From Candidatus Magasanikiibacteriota bacterium (GTDB lineage Bacteria > Patescibacteriota > Patescibacteriia > Magasanikbacterales > UBA922): 64,000 nucleotides of DNA. The DNA lies in assembly GCA_003518365.1 (NCBI GenBank), contig DOYU01000019.1, forward strand, positions 40,224 through 104,223, in the 5' to 3' direction. Below are positions 27,114 to 36,603 of this stretch, one piece after another. Each line of letters begins with the position of its first letter. The first letter of the stretch is position 1. The notes beneath the pieces were generated by a model, which was given only the letters and a program-made list of their open reading frames with translations, searched no databases and was not told where the DNA came from. The translations under genes and the position numbers were made by a program.

Positions 27114-29843
27114 TTACGCAGATTCCACGCGAATCATTGCACCTTCTCCGAGAATAAGCCTATCTCGACGATGTAATGTGTTTGACAAAATCAACTCAGC
27201 GAGCTGATTTTCCACCTTGTCCTGGATCGCACGCCGCATCGGACGCGCCCCAAACTCAGGATCATATCCAATTTCAGCAAGGGCCTCAAGCGCTGCTTCT
27301 TCGACGATAAATGACATTCCCTTTGCTTCAATATCTTTTTTTACTCGCCCGAGCATAAGCCCTGCAATCTGTTTTGTCTCGTCACGAGTCAATGATCGAA
27401 ACAGGACAATACCATCAAATCGATTGAGAAATTCTGGACGGTAATACTGCTTGAGCTCGCCATGAATCAATGTTTGACGGATATCTTCGAGAGGTACCCC
27501 TGCAACGATTTGTTGCTGGACAAAGGCCGTACCGGCATTAGAGGTTGCGATGATAATAGTATTGGTAAAATCAATCACACGTCCGACACTATCAGTCAGA
27601 CGTCCATCATCAAATACTTGCAAAAATAAATTCAATACATCAGGATCTGCTTTTTCCATTTCATCAAGAAGCAAAAGAGAAAAAGGATTTTGGCGAACAG
27701 CTTCGGTAAGAATACCTGTCCCCTGTTGTCCTGGCTGCCCGATAAGACGATAGATACCACTTTTGTCTTGATATTCACTCATGTCAATACGTATCATCCT
27801 ATCTTCCCCACCAAAATAGGTACGCGCAATCGTCTTTGCGAGCTCTGTTTTTCCGACACCAGTAGGGCCAAGGAAAAGAAAATTAGCAATCGGCCGTTTT
27901 TGAGACCGTACTTCAGCGCGTGCGCGACGAAGTGCATTGGCAACAAGCGACACAGCTTCGTCTTGTCCGATCACCTGCTTGTGCATGTCTTCTTCGAGCT
28001 TCATAAGTTTTGTCGATTCATCATCAGTAATGCTTGTCGTAGGAATCCCTGTTTTTTGCGCAACTATAGATGCCACGTCTTCTCCTGCGACTAACGTATT
28101 GATGCCCTTCGTCGTATGCACAAAACTTGCGCTTTCAGTCATGATAGCAAGTGCACTTTCAGGAAGATTTTGATCATGTAAAAATTTCTTGGACAACACC
28201 ACCGCCTGCTCCAGTGCATCGTAGCTAAAAAATACCTGCTGCTTGTATTCCACCATCCCTACTTTTGACTCCAAGACTTGAATTGCTTGGTCTGTCGACA
28301 TCTCATCCACATCAACACGAGCAAGCACCTGACCAAGCGCAGAATTGACGATGAATTGATTGTATCCTGTAACGGTCGTCGTTGAGAGGGTGAGGAATTG
28401 TCCTGCACCAAGAAATTCTGCTAACGTTTCACTGACATCAAGTCCCTGGACTGCTCCTTGCCCCCCAGAGCCAACAAGGTCATCAATACCATCTATCAAA
28501 AAAATAATATTTCCTGCGCGGGCGACTTCATTCATGATATTGATGAGTCGTTCTTGCGCTCCGGTGAGCGTTGTTCCTGCAAGGAGCGCAGACGTAGACA
28601 GCTGCACAAGCCGTTTATCACGGATACGAGCAGGGACGTTTTCTTCTACCATGCGGGCAGCAATACCTGCAATAATACTCATTTTGCCAACACCTCGGTC
28701 TCCCACCAGGACAACACTTTGTCGCCCGCCCTCGATAATACGAAAAATTTCATCAATTTCTTTTTCTCTGGCAACACAGGCCTCGAGCCTCCCAAACTTA
28801 GCAGCCAGTGTCAGATCCTGGCTAAAGCTATTGAGAAATGGTGTTGCCACAGCGGTCATGGCTTTATCAAGGCCATATTTGCTACGACGAGAAGCTGCTT
28901 TTTGAAATGCACGGTGTTGTTTTTGTAGTCGTTCTCGAATACGCAACCATTCGATAACATTACGCAGCTTACTTTCATCAACATGAAGATCATACAACAA
29001 TTCTTGAATAGCAACAGACTGTCTGACAAGCGCCGAGAGTAACTCTGTCACATGGAGATACTCCTGCTTTGCCTCATAGGCATATTCATATGCCTGAAAT
29101 ATGATTTGCTGAACATCATCGGAAAGTGGCACGGCCTGTGCTTTCCTGTGTGCATTTTTTTGAAAATTGCCTGCAATCTTTGCCTGAATTTTTTTTGGTG
29201 GCAACCCGAGCCGGACAAAAACACTCGCGACACTATCCGATCCGAGCAGTGCATAAAATACATGCCAAGCACTCACTGATTCTGCTCCATATCGATGCGC
29301 GAGCAAGACAGCGTTTTCTATCACACGCAAAGCATCGGGTGTTGCAACGCGAGCAATATCTTTTCGTTTTTTTCTTTTATACGTAGCGAGTGCTTGCTCC
29401 CAGCTATCCGCGGTACCAACCATGCCTTCTTTGTTTTGGAGCACGGTGTCATCATACTGTTCTACAACATGTATTTCTTTTTTTCGGGCAATATTGCGAT
29501 ACAAAAGAAAACACCAGGATGTCAATGAAAACCACACCAGGAGTGTAAGCAATGCAGGACTCCCCCACCAAAATTCAAAGGTCAAAAGATCAGCCATCCG
29601 CTCTTGATCATATATCTCCCATACAAAAAAACTCATGAGACCTACGCCAAAAAAAACACTGCCAAGTAATTCAAACCGCTCCAGCCAAATACGAACGCGA
29701 CGGAAAGCAATATCACCACGCGTGAGCGACATGCCCCAAAAAAGCAGTGTATTACGCAAAACGACACCTACGCTCATACGACGATGTGTATCTTGACCAC
29801 GATATGGCAGCAATGGCAATGGTGTCTGTGATTGAAATTCCAT
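27114..29843 (-). CDS. ClpC/ClpA-like double-AAA+ chaperone ATPase with an unusual N-terminal membrane-anchored extension
   Basis: Two AAA+ modules. Walker A motifs are GDRGVGKMS and GPTGVGKTELAKT. Has Clp_N repeats. The first about 130 aa carry two hydrophobic helices (LGSVFFGVGLMSFFVW; LLTLLVWFSLTSWCFLL) before the Clp_N domain. Confidence 0.85.
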   Translation of the reverse strand: MEFQSQTPLPLLPYRGQDTHRRMSVGVVLRNTLLFWGMSLTRGDIAFRRVRIWLERFELLGSVFFGVGLMSFFVWEIYDQERMADLLTFEFWWGSPALLTLLVWFSLTSWCFLLYRNIARKKEIHVVEQYDDTVLQNKEGMVGTADSWEQALATYKRKKRKDIARVATPDALRVIENAVLLAHRYGAESVSAWHVFYALLGSDSVASVFVRLGLPPKKIQAKIAGNFQKNAHRKAQAVPLSDDVQQIIFQAYEYAYEAKQEYLHVTELLSALVRQSVAIQELLYDLHVDESKLRNVIEWLRIRERLQKQHRAFQKAASRRSKYGLDKAMTAVATPFLNSFSQDLTLAAKFGRLEACVAREKEIDEIFRIIEGGRQSVVLVGDRGVGKMSIIAGIAARMVEENVPARIRDKRLVQLSTSALLAGTTLTGAQERLINIMNEVARAGNIIFLIDGIDDLVGSGGQGAVQGLDVSETLAEFLGAGQFLTLSTTTVTGYNQFIVNSALGQVLARVDVDEMSTDQAIQVLESKVGMVEYKQQVFFSYDALEQAVVLSKKFLHDQNLPESALAIMTESASFVHTTKGINTLVAGEDVASIVAQKTGIPTTSITDDESTKLMKLEEDMHKQVIGQDEAVSLVANALRRARAEVRSQKRPIANFLFLGPTGVGKTELAKTIARTYFGGEDRMIRIDMSEYQDKSGIYRLIGQPGQQGTGILTEAVRQNPFSLLLLDEMEKADPDVLNLFLQVFDDGRLTDSVGRVIDFTNTIIIATSNAGTAFVQQQIVAGVPLEDIRQTLIHGELKQYYRPEFLNRFDGIVLFRSLTRDETKQIAGLMLGRVKKDIEAKGMSFIVEEAALEALAEIGYDPEFGARPMRRAIQDKVENQLAELILSNTLHRRDRLILGEGAMIRVESA

Positions 29844-29849
29844 ACAATG

Positions 29850-30287
29850 TTATTGCGTCAAAAATACGTGCACGATCATAAAGACGATCCCAATCGGGAG
29901 AACAAGCCACAGAACGAGCAATACGACAAGCATACTTAGAGAAAAAACCAATGCAAAAAATCTCCCAATAATATTGACAACACGCATAAAAAAACTCATC
30001 AACCTTCCCTGGATATCTGTCTGCCCGTACATGGGGGTAAACACATGACGAACCCATAATCCAGGCGCTAGCGTGGCATTGGCATCCTGCAAAAGATGAT
30101 ACAACCCAATAACAACACGTCGAAGGCCTCCGCTATACCACCACAGTGGAAAATAGAGAATATCCAAAAGGAATTGAAATATGATACGCTGAAAAACAAG
30201 AAAAAACATAAAACAAATAATGTAATGAAAGTATACCAGAAATACAAAAAAACTCCCATTCGGGAGTTCAATACATGTGCACTGCAC
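29850..30287 (-). CDS. Hypothetical small membrane protein
   Basis: Hydrophobic ORF between the clpC-like gene and ftsL. Coding status uncertain. Confidence 0.3.
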   Translation of the reverse strand: MQCTCIELPNGSFFVFLVYFHYIICFMFFLVFQRIIFQFLLDILYFPLWWYSGGLRRVVIGLYHLLQDANATLAPGLWVRHVFTPMYGQTDIQGRLMSFFMRVVNIIGRFFALVFSLSMLVVLLVLWLVLPIGIVFMIVHVFLTQ

Positions 30288-30289
30288 TA

Positions 30290-30637
30290 TTAATTTGCTC
30301 GTGCCACGGCCGTACCAACAGGTATCAGATACTGCATATCTGAGGCAGCAACAAGATCTGTACTCTCAAGACGTGCTTCGAGTGAATGCATCGATCGATA
30401 TGAAGCAATCTGCACATCAAGCCGTTGGTTTTCTCGCTCAAGCTCTTGAATTTCTACTTCTAAGTCACTAATGACAAAGCCTTGCGTTGAAACGGTATTG
30501 ACTTTGAAGAGATACAGTACACCAAAGAGTACAATGGCACCCAAGAGCATGGTACGAAATGTCGTGCTCACAAGCCACCGTTGCACAGCGAGTTTTTTTT
30601 CTCTAAGAGTTGGTTTTTTCTTCATGTAGGCGTTCAT
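30290..30637 (-). CDS. ftsL: Cell division protein FtsL-like (septum formation initiator)
   Basis: Single TM followed by a coiled coil (EVEIQELERENQRLDVQIASYRS). Lies immediately downstream of rsmH as in the dcw cluster. Confidence 0.55.
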   Translation of the reverse strand: MNAYMKKKPTLREKKLAVQRWLVSTTFRTMLLGAIVLFGVLYLFKVNTVSTQGFVISDLEVEIQELERENQRLDVQIASYRSMHSLEARLESTDLVAASDMQYLIPVGTAVARAN

Positions 30638-30646
30638 AGTGACAGG

Positions 30647-31564
30647 CTATGTAATTTTTTCTACGACACGTAATTTAGCAGATCGTGCGCGCGTATTTTC
30701 TTTTGCTTCACTTTCTGAAGCGACAATGGGCTTTTTTGTAATAATCTGAATCGTTTTGTTCTGTTCTGATTTAAAATAATGCTTCACAATTCTATCTTCA
30801 CCTGAATGAAATGTTATAACGGCCAGTCGTCCACCTTTTTCCAACACATCTATTGCTTGCGGCAACGCTCGTTCTATCACACCAAATTCATCGTTGACTG
30901 CAATTCTGAGTGCTTGGAATACCTTGGTCGCAGGGTGTAATCCCCCAACCCACGGGACTTCCTTGTCCGTCTTCAACTTCTTTCGGTAGACGTCTAGGAC
31001 AATATTGACCAGATCACTTGTGTTGTTGATACTTTGTTCATATGCTTTTATAGCGTGTGCTATTTCTTTTGATAATCGTTCTTCTCCGTATGTTCGAAAG
31101 ATATGTTCGAGTTTTTCTTCTGTATTATCCTGAAGCAACTCTGCCGCAGTCTTCATCTCACTATTCGGTGTATAGCGCATATCGAGTGGTTCATCTGGAT
31201 TCTGGAAACTAAATCCTCGCTTTCGCTCTTCAAACTGAGGACTTGACCATCCGAGATCCATGAGAATACCGTTCACCGGTGAAAACTTTTCATCGGCCAC
31301 AATCTTCGCAAGATGCTCAAAATTTTCTCTCACAAAGATCATTCGATTCGCATCATCGTACAAAAACTGTTTTGCCCGTGCCAGTGATTCTGGATCTGCG
31401 TCAATCCCGAGCACCAGACCGTTTGGAGCGGTATGCTTCAGCATCTTCGCCGTATGTCCCCCATCGCCAAGTGTGCAATCGATGACGTTGCTACCTGGTT
31501 TCAGTTGTAATGCATCGATCGTTTCATTGAGCAAGACTGGAATGTGTTTCATATCAATAAACAA
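30647..31564 (-). CDS. rsmH: 16S rRNA (cytosine1402-N4)-methyltransferase RsmH (MraW)
   Basis: HIPVLLNE...DCTLGDGGHT...GIDADP...LMDLGWSSPQ is the canonical RsmH. Confidence 0.9.
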   Translation of the reverse strand: MFIDMKHIPVLLNETIDALQLKPGSNVIDCTLGDGGHTAKMLKHTAPNGLVLGIDADPESLARAKQFLYDDANRMIFVRENFEHLAKIVADEKFSPVNGILMDLGWSSPQFEERKRGFSFQNPDEPLDMRYTPNSEMKTAAELLQDNTEEKLEHIFRTYGEERLSKEIAHAIKAYEQSINNTSDLVNIVLDVYRKKLKTDKEVPWVGGLHPATKVFQALRIAVNDEFGVIERALPQAIDVLEKGGRLAVITFHSGEDRIVKHYFKSEQNKTIQIITKKPIVASESEAKENTRARSAKLRVVEKIT

Positions 31565-31628
31565 TTAACGATTAACAACTAACTTTTTTTCTATTTTTGT
31601 TAATAGTTAGTAGTTAATTGTTTATTGT

Positions 31629-32059
31629 TCACACGCCTAGTTCAGACATTTGCTCAGCAATCTTGTTACTTTCTTTTTCCGACTGTTGTGTATATGTCTC
31701 CCACGCTGTCTTATCCCAGAGTTCGAGGCGGTTGTATAGACCAGCCACTACTGTTTCTTTTGAAAGACTTGCGTATGTTCTCAGATATTCCGGCAGAATG
31801 ATTCGACCCTGCTTATCAACAGAGACATCCATCGCACCGGCGAGCATGAGACGTGCGAATGCACGTGCGTTTGCTTGGGAGAACGGGAGATTTGCGAGCT
31901 TGTCTGCGAGTTTCTTCCACTCATCTTTTGTGTAGAGAAACAAACAGTTGTCGAGCCCGCGCGTCACAACAGCCCCTTTTGAAAGAGCAGTACGAAATTT
32001 CTTTGGGACAGCGAGCCGTCCCTTTTCGTCTAGATTGTGAGAATACTCACCGATAAACA
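31629..32059 (-). CDS. mraZ: Transcriptional regulator MraZ
   Basis: Internal start MFIGEYSHNLDEKGRLAVPKKFR, and the second repeat DKQGRIILPEYLR, give the duplicated MraZ/SpoVT-AbrB DxxxR motifs. Confidence 0.85.
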
Positions 32060-32164
32060 TACGTGGAAAGGAAAGTGGAGAATGATATATAGACAAGCAC
32101 GTTATATATCGCTCAGAGAAACCCATTATCCTGTAATCAGGAAAGATCTCTTCATGACTACCGA

Positions 32165-32290
32165 GGCAATCATGGAGTTCCCCACTTTTCCCCACGTATT
32201 ACCATTTTAACCCACTTCTCTTCCCCATGCAACCACTGTTATCCACTTTTGGTGGATAAGTATTCTAAAAAATGTTATCCACAACAAAAA
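32165..32290 (-). promoter_or_regulatory. Putative MraZ operator: five GTGG(G) direct repeats phased at 10/20 bp upstream of mraZ
   Basis: On the gene strand: aaaaGTGGataa, caGTGGttgc, gaaGTGGgtta, acGTGGggaa, aaaGTGGggaa, with spacings 10, 21, 20 and 10 nt. MraZ proteins are known to bind phased GTGG-type repeats. On the + strand these read as TTATCCAC, which looks like DnaA boxes. Confidence 0.5.
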
Positions 32291-32351
32291 TTGACGTTTA
32301 TTCTTTAAAAAGATAGTATTTTTTTATCGTTCTTCAACTGGTGGAGGTTTC

Positions 32352-32828
32352 ATGATGCGACATTGGTTCGAACTTGCGATGCTCGCGGTGTTGATGGCGC
32401 TCGGCTGGACGCCCTCGGCATTCGCCGAGCTCCCGACGCCGACGACCAACGACGACGCGACGACGGCGACCATCAACGCCAGCATCGGCATGGAGGTCGA
32501 CGAGACCGTCACCAAGGTTCACAGCCTCGGCCTCGCCGAGCTGCTCGTGTCGGCTGCGCCGCCGCACTTCTTGGACAACGCCGTCCTCACCGACCGCATC
32601 ACCGTCGCGGTCGTGAAGGACTTCAACATCGGCCACGGCGCAGGAGGCCTGGGCTTCGCGGGCGACATGCCCAACGACGCCATCTCCCAGCTGCTCGACC
32701 CCGGTAACGCCAGGCTCAAGGAGGTGATTGACCGTATGGTCGGTCAGGAACCGAGCGTGGCCCCGACGTCGGCGACCCACGACACCGCCCCCACCAAGGA
32801 GGAGGGTATGGGGCAAACGCCCCACTAA
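32352..32828 (+). CDS. Secreted hypothetical protein of foreign (high-GC) composition
   Basis: GC about 68%, with nearly all codon third positions G/C. SD ggtggagg upstream. Signal peptide MMRHWFELAMLAVLMALGWTPSAFA. The Pro/Thr/Ala/Asp-rich mature region resembles actinobacterial secreted proteins. Confidence 0.6.
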   Translation: MMRHWFELAMLAVLMALGWTPSAFAELPTPTTNDDATTATINASIGMEVDETVTKVHSLGLAELLVSAAPPHFLDNAVLTDRITVAVVKDFNIGHGAGGLGFAGDMPNDAISQLLDPGNARLKEVIDRMVGQEPSVAPTSATHDTAPTKEEGMGQTPH

Positions 32829-32955
32829 CGGGCGTCGGCTCATCGAGCCAACGCCCTGGCGCTAACCCGCCCAGGAGGGGGGCGACGAAACGGCAGGACC
32901 ACGTGTCCTCGCTGAATCGTCGCCCCCTTCGTCTCAATTCAATAAGAAAACAAAA

Positions 32956-32988
32956 ACCGCCCGAAGGCGATTTTTTATTTGTTCAAAT
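32956..32988 (+). terminator. Rho-independent terminator candidate
   Basis: ccgcccgaaggcg hairpin followed by ATTTTTTATTT. Confidence 0.45.
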
Positions 32989-33013
32989 TCGTTTGATTCG
33001 TCTGATTCGTGTT

Positions 33014-34360
33014 CTATTTCAACTTCCTCGTCTGCCGCTGATACGTAATCGCGAAACGATGCGCTTCATCTCGCACACGGACAAGCAGATCCTGATGCTT
33101 ATTCACCCATTTTATAAAATTTCGATCCTTCGTACCAAAGATAAACTCATTTTTCTTTCGCTCGGGCCCTTTTGCAATGCCAACCAATGGAATCTCGATA
33201 CCACATGTACGCAATACCTGCATGGCACGATTGACCTGCGGCTTTCCTCCATCAATGAGGAAAACATCAGGCAACGTCCAAACGTCTTTTTGGGGTTGTT
33301 TCGTATTATTCGTAATTCGTACATTCGGGTCATTCGTAATTGGAATGTTTGAATGGCGTAATCTCCTCACCAACACTTCCTCCAAACAATCCACATCACT
33401 CTGCCCAACCACTGATTTGATTTTAAATTTGCGATACTGACTCTTTACCGGACCATCCCTATCAAATACTACCATCGATCCTACCTTCCCAGACGAACCG
33501 AGATTAGAAATATCATATCCTTCGATACGTTTCACGCCAGCAGATTGTTCATCTTGAACAAACGATTTATTTATCAACGCAATATCATGAATCCGCTCAA
33601 GTGATGCAATCTGATTTCGGAGACGCGCTGCTTCTTCAAATGCTTGATTTTTCGACGCATCCTGCATGCGTTTTTTCAATGTTGTGATCAATCGCTTTTT
33701 TCCACCCTTCAAAAATTGCACGAGCGGCTGAATCACTTTCTGTCTATACTCCGCTGGACTAATTTCTCCCGTGCACACACCAAGACACAATCCCATCTGT
33801 CTGTACAAACACGGCTTAGCTGTTTGCTGAATCTGCTGTCTCTGCTGATTTTGCTTTTTCCGCTTTTGACAATCTGAAAGATAAAATAGTTTTCTGAGCA
33901 ATTTCATCGTCGCTTTTGTATTCAATCCTGGATATGGACCAAAAACATACGCATATTCTCCCAATTTCGATTTTCCAATTTCTAATTTCTTTTGCGCATA
34001 CTCATGCTGCCGCAACGTGGTAACAATAGGAAATTCATCTTTTGTAATGACAATGTAATTCCAACTCTTATCATCTCTCCCAAGGACATTATACTTCGGT
34101 TGTTTTTCCTTTATAGAATTTGCTTCGAGAATAATCGCTTCGAGCACGGAGTCTGTTATTTTCCATTTGATATCCACGACCTCGTAAATCATCTGTTCAA
34201 TAGGTCGCATAGTTCGCTGCCCGCGAAAATAGCTGCTCACACGACTTTTCAGCGACGTCGCCTTACCGACATATATCAATTCTTTTTTTGTATTAAAAAA
34301 AAGATAGATGCCTGGTGCGTCTGGAAGATTTTTGAGTTGGAGATCGAGATGTAAAGCCAT
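33014..34360 (-). CDS. uvrC: Excinuclease ABC subunit C (UvrC), short form lacking the C-terminal HhH
   Basis: N-terminal GIY-YIG (PGIYLFFNTKKELIYVGKATSLKSRV), a UvrBC-interaction region, and an RNase H-like endonuclease domain. Only 448 aa, against about 600 typical. Confidence 0.85.
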   Translation of the reverse strand: MALHLDLQLKNLPDAPGIYLFFNTKKELIYVGKATSLKSRVSSYFRGQRTMRPIEQMIYEVVDIKWKITDSVLEAIILEANSIKEKQPKYNVLGRDDKSWNYIVITKDEFPIVTTLRQHEYAQKKLEIGKSKLGEYAYVFGPYPGLNTKATMKLLRKLFYLSDCQKRKKQNQQRQQIQQTAKPCLYRQMGLCLGVCTGEISPAEYRQKVIQPLVQFLKGGKKRLITTLKKRMQDASKNQAFEEAARLRNQIASLERIHDIALINKSFVQDEQSAGVKRIEGYDISNLGSSGKVGSMVVFDRDGPVKSQYRKFKIKSVVGQSDVDCLEEVLVRRLRHSNIPITNDPNVRITNNTKQPQKDVWTLPDVFLIDGGKPQVNRAMQVLRTCGIEIPLVGIAKGPERKKNEFIFGTKDRNFIKWVNKHQDLLVRVRDEAHRFAITYQRQTRKLK

Positions 34361-35919
34361 TATGTTACAGCATCTAATTTCTTTTTCGCCGCAGCCTGCA
34401 AATCAGCAAGCTCAGACAATCTTGCTAAATATTGTTCTCCACCAAAAAAATCAAATGTTCTTTGTATCTTTTGGATTGTTTCTCGAACTTCAGCAGCAGA
34501 AGAAATCTTATAGGGTTCTCCCTTATATTGGAATTCTTTTCTCTGAGCAGGGAGCCTCGCTATCATTGTCATAATCATAGTATCAAGAGGAGAATCAAGA
34601 TACGATGAAATATTTGGAGGATCATTATCCAGAGGATACTTCATTTTTTCCATGAGACTTTTACTTGTATCCTGATGAATATGTTGAAATGCCGTACGAC
34701 CAGTCCTCATTTCATACATCATCATCCCCAATGCATACATATCGCGATCACCACTTTCAGGAACACCGGCAAATGCTTCAGGTGCCATATATTCAAATGT
34801 CCCAGAAATCAATCCCTCATCTCTTCTTGGATCTATGATTTGCTGAGTTTGACGGACAGACTGATCAGTTTCCTCATGATCAGAAGATGTTAAGAGAATC
34901 TCTTTTTCTACTTTTTGAACATGTTTACCAGGACGCTTTTGTTTTTTTGTTGGTGGCAAAGCACCTTCGGATACAGCAAGCATTCTCGCCGCAATACCAA
35001 AATCACACACATACATATTTCCAGCACTATCAACCATCACATTAGCGGGTTTCAAATCCCTATGCACTACTCCAGCTTTATGTGCCACATCAAGAGCTTC
35101 TGCAATTTGTTCAGCAACACTCAGTATATACCCAGGAGAATGTGCACGTGTTGATTCTTCTCTCTTTTCGACAAGTTTTTTAAACAAATCAGTATCTTCT
35201 GGCAATTTTTGTGATACTTGAGATTCCCAATACCTGGCATGCCGCTGTGTGTCTAACAATTCAACCATTTCTTTTCCTCTGACAAATTCTGTCACAATGG
35301 CAACTGCTTGCAAATCCGTTCCTTGAAACTTTACTTCAATAGCTCCCTCACCTACTACATGTACGATATGATTTCCCAAAGAAGTTTCATTATTTTTCTC
35401 ACCTTTTTGAGAGGTTTGTACAGCTTTTGACAACCTTCTCAAGGTGTCAATTTCATGCCAAAGATCAAACATTTGCTTTAACTGTTCCAATTCAAGATCT
35501 TTTTTTCTCCCACGACCCATCTTTTCTTCATACTCTCGTCTACGATCCCCCAATTCTGCTATTTTTTCAGGAAGCAATGTTTTAATCGCAACTTCATACT
35601 GTTTTCCTGAGGGGTCTATTGCAATTGCACGAAAAACAACACCTTGTGACCCTTGGCCTATAGGCTTTGGATCGAATTCATATGTCCATCCATTATCCGT
35701 CACAACTTCTGGTATAGAAATGGTTTCTTTCACATGTTCAGTAGCTTGTGCTTTTTGCCATTTTTCAAAATCACGTTCTGAAAAACCGTCATCATCAAAA
35801 GAACTAGCATCAGGAGATTGCTGAATAGTATCAGGTCCAAAAGAAATAAGATCTGGTGGAATACTTTCCCCAATAGACTCAAAACTTGGTCCACCAAGAA
35901 CTTGTCGAGACATATTCAA
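34360..35919 (-). CDS. Hanks-type Ser/Thr protein kinase (cytoplasmic, no TM/PASTA)
   Basis: VAIKTL (VAIK), HRDLKPANVMV, DFGIA, and GTFEYMAPE (APE) motifs. Its stop overlaps the uvrC start. Confidence 0.85.
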   Translation of the reverse strand: MNMSRQVLGGPSFESIGESIPPDLISFGPDTIQQSPDASSFDDDGFSERDFEKWQKAQATEHVKETISIPEVVTDNGWTYEFDPKPIGQGSQGVVFRAIAIDPSGKQYEVAIKTLLPEKIAELGDRRREYEEKMGRGRKKDLELEQLKQMFDLWHEIDTLRRLSKAVQTSQKGEKNNETSLGNHIVHVVGEGAIEVKFQGTDLQAVAIVTEFVRGKEMVELLDTQRHARYWESQVSQKLPEDTDLFKKLVEKREESTRAHSPGYILSVAEQIAEALDVAHKAGVVHRDLKPANVMVDSAGNMYVCDFGIAARMLAVSEGALPPTKKQKRPGKHVQKVEKEILLTSSDHEETDQSVRQTQQIIDPRRDEGLISGTFEYMAPEAFAGVPESGDRDMYALGMMMYEMRTGRTAFQHIHQDTSKSLMEKMKYPLDNDPPNISSYLDSPLDTMIMTMIARLPAQRKEFQYKGEPYKISSAAEVRETIQKIQRTFDFFGGEQYLARLSELADLQAAAKKKLDAVT

Positions 35920-36073
35920 TATGAAATAAAATTATTTACATTCTCCACAGGTAAAAAGATATATATACGCTACCAAAAAATAGCAAGCAACGCAAGCAAG
36001 CAAAAGAAGACAAATGCTACATACAATGCTATAGTCAAGAGAGAAAGATATATATTCACTAACGAAATAGCCT

Positions 36074-36592
36074 ATGAAATCACCATATCTCGTCCCGGTT
36101 CTTGTATTGTCTTCGCTTCTCTTGAGTGGCTGTGTCTACAATACTAGTAAACCGACAACACCGGCAGTATCTCCGAGTGAACAACAACCTACAACACAAG
36201 ACAAAGTAAATGACAAAGATACGATACTGTTTCTCGACAATCGAGGCCTCACAAGTGTACCGTCAGACATCTTTGATAACACGGCTATCGAAGTACTCGA
36301 TCTCTCGCACAACGATCTTACAGGTTCTCTTCCAGGAGAGATTCGTCATCTCACAAACCTCAAAACACTGGATATGAGTTACAACAATATGACAGGTATC
36401 CCGGCAGAAATCGGACAACTTCAAGAATTGGAAACGCTCAACCTCTCACACAATCAATTTACCGGTCTTCCCTACGAACTTGGCAATCTCACGCATCTAC
36501 AAACGCTCGACATCTCTGGGAATAATTATTCCACAGCAGATCTCGAAATTATAAAAAAACAACTTCCTTCGTCAGTCACGATTATAAAATAA
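36074..36592 (+). CDS. Leucine-rich-repeat lipoprotein
   Basis: Lipobox LLLSGC, then five LxxLxLSxNxLTGxLP-type LRRs (LDLSHNDLTGSLP, LDMSYNNMTGIP, LNLSHNQFTGLP, LDISGNNY). Confidence 0.8.
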   Translation: MKSPYLVPVLVLSSLLLSGCVYNTSKPTTPAVSPSEQQPTTQDKVNDKDTILFLDNRGLTSVPSDIFDNTAIEVLDLSHNDLTGSLPGEIRHLTNLKTLDMSYNNMTGIPAEIGQLQELETLNLSHNQFTGLPYELGNLTHLQTLDISGNNYSTADLEIIKKQLPSSVTIIK

Positions 36593-36603
36593 TGCGTGGA
36601 AAT

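Noticed and set aside
32235-32290. Cluster of TTATCCAC(A) DnaA-box-like 9-mers suggesting a replication origin
   Set aside because: They are the reverse complement of the phased GTGG repeats directly upstream of mraZ, so an MraZ operator explains them better. No dnaA or dnaN gene and no obvious AT-rich unwinding element are adjacent.
32334-32843. Minus-strand 169-aa ORF and other overlapping ORFs in the GC-rich island
   Set aside because: These are Arg/Gly-rich frame shadows typical of high-GC DNA. The + strand frame has the SD, the signal peptide and the extreme GC3 periodicity.
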